From the human T2T-CHM13v2.0 reference genome, Homo sapiens, in the NCBI RefSeq assembly GCF_009914755.1, contig NC_060925.1: DNA of 64,000 bases; one strand, written 5' to 3'. Shown here one piece after another: positions 56,601 to 64,000 of the stretch. A program made the translations under genes and the position numbers. Under the pieces are notes generated by a model, which had not been told where the DNA came from, did no database searches, and saw only the letters and a list, made by a program, of their open reading frames with translations. Numbering within the stretch: position 1 is the first letter of the stretch; the number at the start of each line of letters is the position of its first letter.

Positions 56601-58469
56601 AAAGACCATTGGAACCGAAAAGAGAACTCAGAAATAAGACCTCATATCTACAACCACCTGACAAAGACAAGCAATGAAGAAAGGATTTCCTATTTAACAA
56701 ATGGAGCTGGGAGAACTGGCTAGCCATATGCAGGAACTTGAAACTGGACCCCTTCCTTATATTATATACAAAAATTAACTCAAGATGGAATAAAGACTTA
56801 AATATAAAACCTAAAACTATAAAAACCCTAGATGAAAATCTAGGCAATACCCTTCAGGACATAGGGATGGACAAAGATTTCATGATGAAAATTTCAAAAG
56901 CCAATTGCAACAAAAGCCAAAATTGACAAATGGGATCTAAGTAAACTAAACAGCATCTGCACAGCAAAAGAAACTATCATCAGAGTGAACAGACAAGCTA
57001 TAGAATGGGAGAAACTTTTTGCAATCTATCCATCTGACAAAGGTCTAATATCCAGAATTTACAAGGAACTTAAACAAATTTACAAGATAAAAACAAACAA
57101 CCCCGTTAAAAGTGGGCAAAGGACATGAAATGAACAAACACTTCTCAAAAGAAGACATTTATGCAGCCAAAAAACCTGAAAAAAAGCTCAACACCACTGA
57201 TCATTAGAGAAATGCACATCAAGACCACAATAAGATACCATCTCATGCTGGTTAGAATGGCAATTATTCAAAAGTCAAGAAACAACAGATGCTGGTGAGG
57301 CTGCCTAGAAACAGGAACACTTTTACACCATCGGTGGGAATGTAAATTAGTTCAACCATTGTGGAAGACAGTGTGGTGATCCCTCAAAGACCTGGAGGCA
57401 GAAATACTATGTGACCCAGCAATCCCATTACTGAGTTCTTACACAAATAAATATAAATCCTTCCATTATAAAGATACATGCACACGTATGTTCCTTGCAT
57501 CACTATTCACAATGGCAAAGACATGGAATCAACCTAAATCCCTATTAATGAAAGGCCAGATGAAGAAAATGTGGTACATATACATCATGGAATACTATGC
57601 AGCCATAAAAAGGAATAAGATCATGTCCCGTACAGGGACATAGATGGAGCAGGAAGCCCTTATCCTCGGCAAACTAACAGAGGAACAGAAAACCAAACAT
57701 TGCATGTTCTCACCTATAAGTGGGAGCTAATCAATGAGAACACATAGACACAAGGATGGGAACAACACACACTAGGACCTGTCAAGAGTGGTAGGGAGAG
57801 AGAGCATTAGGATAACAGCTAATGCATGCTGGGTTGAAGGTGATGTGTTGATAGGTGCAGTAAATCACCATGGTACACATTTACCTATGTAACAAACCTG
57901 CACATGTGCTCAGGAACTTAAAATAAAATAAAATAAAATAAAATAAAATAAAATAAAATAAAATAAAATAAAAGGTACTTGTTCAAAGTTAACACAGCTA
58001 TTGGTAGCAGAAATAGTATCTGAAGCATGGAAATCTGGCTTTAGAGTCCACATTTTTGTATCAGATAATGTAGAAATATTTAATTATATTTTTTATTTTA
58101 TCTTTCTAATCAATAATATTTATCTTTAAATAGAATAAAATAGAATATTTATTGCTAAATTAAGTGATAAATAGTAGAGGAAAGCATAGTCACTTATGAT
58201 TTGTTCATATGTCTAGATCCAGATGAATCAGATACTGAAAGAGCTTTTCATTGTCACTATACAACCACCAGTTATTTATCTTTGGGAAACCATAAAAAAT
58301 GAGATAACTGTTGTGAGGCTGAAGATGAGTCAATACACATTCCTCCCCCTTTAGGGAAGAAAGAAGAAAATCAAAACCTCTAAACTATGGCATGAGATAA
58401 ATATATCCAGGCTTGCTATTAAAACGTTTAACACTGAAGAAAGAATGCACCATTCATGAGGTGTCACTT

Positions 58470-58497
58470 TGTGTGTGTGTGTGTGTGTGTATGTGTG
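58470..58497. repeat. (TG)n microsatellite
   Basis: TG run. Confidence 0.95.
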
Positions 58498-59489
58498 TTT
58501 TGGTCATAGCAGGAAATGATTACCTGAATTGAGAGTTGTTCAATATACTTGTATTTGACTGTAAAACATAACCAAAATATGTGATGTGTGGGTAAGGGAA
58601 ATTTGTAATGAATCTTCCCTTTTCAGCATTTTAATAAATATCTTTGAGAAAAAAAAAGTATCATGTTTTCTTAATTTGCATTTGGTAAAGTTTGCTTGTT
58701 TTTTTGAACCCAAGAATCAATAATTTTAGAGAAGTGTGTGTGAAGGGGGTAGAAGTGGAGTGTCTAAATCTCTCCCAATTTATGATACAATCAGTGCTTA
58801 TGTCTCTCCTCATCAATAGTATGGGAGAGAAGGCATGGCCGCAAGTGCCTGCTTAAGAATATATGCTACTGGGGAACACCAGTGTATGCAGTGAGAGGAA
58901 ATGTAGTCAGGCAAGAAAACCTTATTATCCAGGGAGTGGAGTCCAGATGCAGGAGGACATGTCAGAGAAACAAAAAGTGATGGCTTCCAGGTAGTCAAGT
59001 AGAAATCACATTGCAGTAGTAGAGAATTTATTAATGGATGGTGATATTAATAGAATTGGCAATAAAATGAAAATAAAGTTGGCAGGTGTTCCTTATCCAA
59101 CAAGTCTGGAAGCAGGTAGCGAGATCCAGCCCCTGAATTGATTTCTCACACATAGCCTGGTTTCTTCATGTCTCTAGTCACAGAGATTCAATCTGCTGTA
59201 TTCTCCTTTCTGGGGTAGAAATAAATTTATTTATGTTAAGTGCTTAGAACAATGTATATAAGATGGCCAATACCTTGATTTTAGCTTGATGTGATTTATG
59301 TTGAACTTCTGAATTACAGGACTATAATACTAGTAATTTGTTTCAGAAACAATAGAAATCTACTACTGCTATATTCCCTATTATTACTATGGAAAATAAA
59401 AATTAGAAAAATTGCAAACATTGGAAGTCTTAAAGATTTTAAAAATTTTACATAATTGTCTCTTTATTACTGTCTCAGAATAATCCTGG

Positions 59490-59710
59490 AGTAAAGTAAA
59501 CATGGGATTTGGAGTGAGATCAGGGTTCGAGTTCTGATTGCAGCACTTATACAGTTAGTGGCTCACAGCAAGTTACCATCTCTCTAAGCCTCATTTTCTC
59601 TGTCTTTCAAATGGTAATATTTACCTGTACTGAAGAAAATATTTTTTAAAAAGTACTTCATTCACATTTACTAACATCCAATAGGCACACAATAAATTAT
59701 AGCCACGGTT
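59490..59710 (+). mobile_element. MIR
   Basis: tttggagtgagatcagggttcgagttctg...caagttaccatctctctaagcctcattttctc core. Confidence 0.8.
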
Positions 59711-60824
59711 ATCTTTATTTGTTGTATTTATTGCCCCTCAAAGTTCTAGAACAGACCCCTGTCTTTATTTTTATGCTACATATTGTCTTTATTTTTACAC
59801 TACACATTACACTACCACTGACAGCTAGCACACTCCAAAGTATTTGAGGAAACTTTGGCTGGTATATTCTTAAAACCTTTTCTTTTTTCTTTGCTGACAT
59901 GAGCTAACATGGGTATCTTCTTGCTATCAATTGTTTATTATTCTCTCTCACTATCAATTGTTTATTCCTCTTTCTCTCTTTGGAAAAGTCCTCGCGTCTG
60001 GCTGATATTTTTCTTTCTAACAGACTGACCTAGGAGGAGAGCCGTCTGTGACATGGTGTGCCAAATATGTTTTCTCAGACTAAAAATTGATTTTTAACCC
60101 AAAATGACTCCAGATTTGTTTTATGTCTTAAATTATCTTTTTATTACATATAGGGAATTTTCAAAACCATTTTCTTATATGCTACATTTCTATTTACTTT
60201 AGATTCTCTATTAAAATGGAAAAAGTGGTATAATAAATTTCCTGAAGCTTCAATAATAAATTTCTCAAAGTTGGGTAGCTCTTGTAAATATACGGCTAAA
60301 TAATACCATCATCGAACTAGTCATTACCTGATTTGTCATCCTCCTATAGGAACACTTAAAGCTTAAAGTTTAAAATCTTTTAAATTTTTTAATCAGGTAA
60401 AATTGGTTCCTTTCTTGTAGATATTCTGGATATAATTAAGATGAAATACTTAAACAATGCAGGATATTATCTTTTTGTGTTTCATTTCAGCCTGATTTGC
60501 TTTTGTTCATTTTTAACATTTCAAATAAATTATTCACATTTTTTGTACAGGCAAAGTTTTCTCATTTAATTACAGTGCTTAGTTCCAATATTTCACTTTA
60601 ATAATTATGTATATCTGCTTAGAAAATTTAGATGCCTCCCTCATTTCAGTTCTTAGTTAATATAGAGATGGTGAGCAGGTAACAGAAAAAAGAATTATTA
60701 AGGCAACCAGAAGAAAATTGGAATCAACCCAAAAATTAAAGGCCGTTTTCTACTACTACATATTTCAAGACTTACAAGAATCCATGCATACAAACACACT
60801 TACATATGTTTGTGCATATACTGA

Positions 60825-60827
60825 TGC

Positions 60828-60882
<55 letters not shown>

Positions 60883-60888
60883 TATACA
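60825..60888. repeat. (TA)n(CA)n compound microsatellite
   Basis: TA run followed by CA run. Confidence 0.97.
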
Positions 60889-61062
60889 TTCAAGCTGATG
60901 TTCTCTATTATTGTTAACCGTCGTAGCGGATCTAATTGCAAAAAGGTTTTGCCACAAATTTAACCCCCAAATTATTGCTTTTATTAATCAGATTTTCCTA
61001 AAATCTTTCACTGCCTCCAGCACAAAGTGGCAGACAATTTAACAATTAGAAATAGATTTATA

Positions 61063-64000
61063 TCCTGAAGGAAGCACTACATATGGAAAGGAAAAACCGG
61101 TACCAGCCATTGCAAAAACAAACTAAAATGTAAAGATCATCAACACTATGAAGAAACTGCGTCAACTAATGGGCAAAATAACCAGCTAGCATCATAATGA
61201 CAGGATCAAATTTATACATTATAATATTAATCTTAAATGTAAATGAGCTAAATGCCCCAATTAAAAGGCACAGACTGCAAATTGGACAAATAGTCAAGAC
61301 CCATCAGTGTACTGTATTCAGGAGACCCATCTCACGTGCAAGGACACACATAGACTCAATATAAACAGATGAATGATCTACCAAGTAAATGGAAAGAAGG
61401 AAAAAAAGAAGAAAAAAAAGCAGGGGTTGCAATCCTAGTCTCTGATAAAACAGACTTTAAACCAACAAAGATCAAAAAGACAAAGAAGGGCATTAAATAA
61501 TGGTAAAGGGATCAATGCAACAATAAGAGCTAACTGTCCTAAATATATATGCACCCAATACAGGAGCACCCAGATTCATAAAGCAAGTTCTTAGAGACCT
61601 ACGAAGAAACTTTGATTCCCACACAATAATAGTGGGAGACTTTAACACAAAGAGGAGCTGGTACCATTCCTTCTGAAACTATTCCAAACAACAGAAAGAG
61701 AGAGACTCCTCCCTAACTCATTTTATGAGGCCAGCATCATCCTGATGCCAACACCTGGCAGAGACACACAAAAAAAGAAAACTTCAGGCAAATATCCCTG
61801 ATGAACCTCAATGTGAAAATCCTCAATAAAATACTGGCAAACCCAATCCAGCAGCACATTAAAGAGCTTATCCACCACGATCAAGTCAGCTTCATCCCTA
61901 GGATGCAAGGCTGGTTCAACATACACAAATCAATAAATGTAATCCATCACATAAACAGAACCAATGACAAAAAACACATGATTATCTCAACAGATGAGGA
62001 AAAGGCCTTTGATAAAATTCAATACCCCTTCATGCTAAAAACACTCAATAAACTAGGTATTGATGGAACATCTCTCAAAATAATAAGAGCTATTCATGAC
62101 AAACCCACAGACAATATGATACTAAATGGACAAAAGCTGGAAGCATTCCCTTTGAAAACCAGCACAAGACAAGGATGCCCTCTCTTGCCACTCCTATTCA
62201 ACATAGTGTTAGAAGTTCTGGCCATGGCAATCAGGCAAGAGAAAGAAATAAAAGATATTCAAATAGTAAGAGAGGAAGTCAAATTATCTCTGTTTGCAGA
62301 TTACATGATTGTATATTTACATAACCCCATTGTCTCAGCCCAAAAACTCCTTAAGCTGATGAGCAACTTCAGCAAAGTCTCAGTATACACAATCAACATG
62401 CAAACATCACAAGCATTCATATACACCAGTAGTACACAAACAGAGAGCCAAATAATGAGCAAACTCCCATTCATGATTGTTACAAAGAGAATAAAATACC
62501 TAGGGATACAGCTTACAAGGGATGTGAAGAGGTCCTTCACATCCGTTCAAGGAGAACTACAAACCACTGCTTGAGGAAATAAGAGAGGAGAGAAACAAAC
62601 AGAAAAAACATTTCATACTCATGGATAGGAAGAATCAGTATTGTGAAAATGGCCATACTGCCCAAAGTAATTTATAGATTCAATGCTATTCCCATCAAGC
62701 TGTCATTGACTTTCTTCACAGAATTAGAAAAAATTACTTTATATTTCATATGGAATTTAAAAAGAGCATGAATAGCCAAGACAATCCTAAGCAAAAAGAA
62801 TAAAGATGGAGGCATCATGCTACCTGACTTCAAACTATACTATGAGGCTACAGTAACCAAAACAGCATGGCACTGGTACCAAAACAGATATATGGACCAA
62901 TGGAATAGAACAGAGGCCTCAGAAATAACACCACACATCTACAACCATCTGATCTTTGATGAGCCTGACAAAAACAAGCAATGGGGAAAGGAATTCCTAT
63001 TTAATAAATGGTGGTGGGAAAACTGGCTAGCCATATGCAGAAAACTGAAACTGGACCTATTCCTTAAACTTTATACAAAAATTAACTCAAGATGGACTAA
63101 AGACTTAAGTGTAAGACCTAAAATCATAAAAACCCTAGAAGAAAACCTAGGCAATACCATTCAGGACACAGGCATGGGCAAAGACTTCATGACTAAAACA
63201 CCAAAAACAATGGCAACAAAAGCCAAAATTGACAAAAGGATCTAATTAAACTAAAGAGCTTCTGCCCAGCAAAAGAAACTATCACCACAGTGATCAGGCA
63301 ACCTACAGAATGGGAGAAAATTTTTGCAATCTATCCATCTGACAAAGGGCTAATATCCAGAAGCTACAAGGAACTTAAACAAATTTACAAGCAAAAAGCC
63401 AACAACCCCATAAAAAAGTGGGCAAAGGATATGAACAGAAAATCTTCAAAAGAAGTCATTTATGTGGCCAACAAACATATGATAAAAGCTCATCATCCTT
63501 GGTCATTAGAGAAATGCAAATTAAAACCACAGTGAGTTACCATCTCATGCAGGTTAGAATGGCGATAATTAAAAAGTCAGGAAACAACAGATGCTGGAAA
63601 GGGTGTGGAGAAATAGGAATGCTTTTACACTGTTCGTGGGAGTGTAAATTATTTCAACCATTGTGGAAGACAGTGTGGCGATTCCTCAATGATCTAGAAC
63701 TAGAAATACCATTTGATCCAGCAATCCTATTACTGGGTATATACCCAAAGGATTATAAATCATTCTACTATAAAGACACATGCACACGTATGTGTATTGT
63801 GGCACTATTCACAATAGCAAACATTTGGAACCAACACAAATGCCCATCAGTGTTAGATTGGATAAAAAATATATATATGGCACATATACACCATGGAATA
63901 CTATGCAGCCATAAAAAAGAATAAGTTCACTTCCTTTGCAAGGACATGGATGAAGGTGGAAACCATCCTTCTCAGCAAACTAACACAGAAACAGAAAACC
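61063..64000 (+). mobile_element. L1PA (about L1PA7-8): ORF1 end, spacer and decayed ORF2 (ATG 61197), running off the window
   Basis: atgacaggatcaaat start, EN GDFN, RT QGCPL/LFADYM (FADD to FADY) and CCHC domain. Confidence 0.95.

Noticed and set aside
58800-59370. Possible old LTR/MLT1/MIR fragments
   Set aside because: Only faint resemblance; boundaries and family not supportable by eye.

Overview
This is an AT-rich primate (human-like) genomic window made almost entirely of transposable-element relics. I see no supportable host protein-coding exon; every ORF with a recognisable product in the track is a piece of L1, ERV, MaLR or Alu. Bases ~2000-30900 are a deep nested stack. An old ERVL provirus is split by a Ricksha-type MULE DNA transposon (4815-28500, 9-bp TSD). 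That carries a U2 snRNA fragment, an Alu and a ~21.6-kb MER4-group provirus. The provirus in turn carries a HERV-I/HERVIP10-like provirus (7031-14190, TSD AGCAT), a two-LTR LTR8 element, a solo LTR8, Alus and a ~1-kb TA-rich expansion. The rest is THE1/MST MaLRs, old L1M/L2/MIR and several L1PA copies, two with twin-priming inversions. The most unusual signals are two decayed tRNA-Glu(TTC)-like cassettes at homologous internal positions of two MER4-group ERVs, a probable ancient L1 3' transduction inside a MER53, an Alu-bridged deletion of an L1M body, and a template-switch hairpin in L1 ORF2. Family names come from recalled consensus sequences, not a database search, and subfamily calls are approximate.
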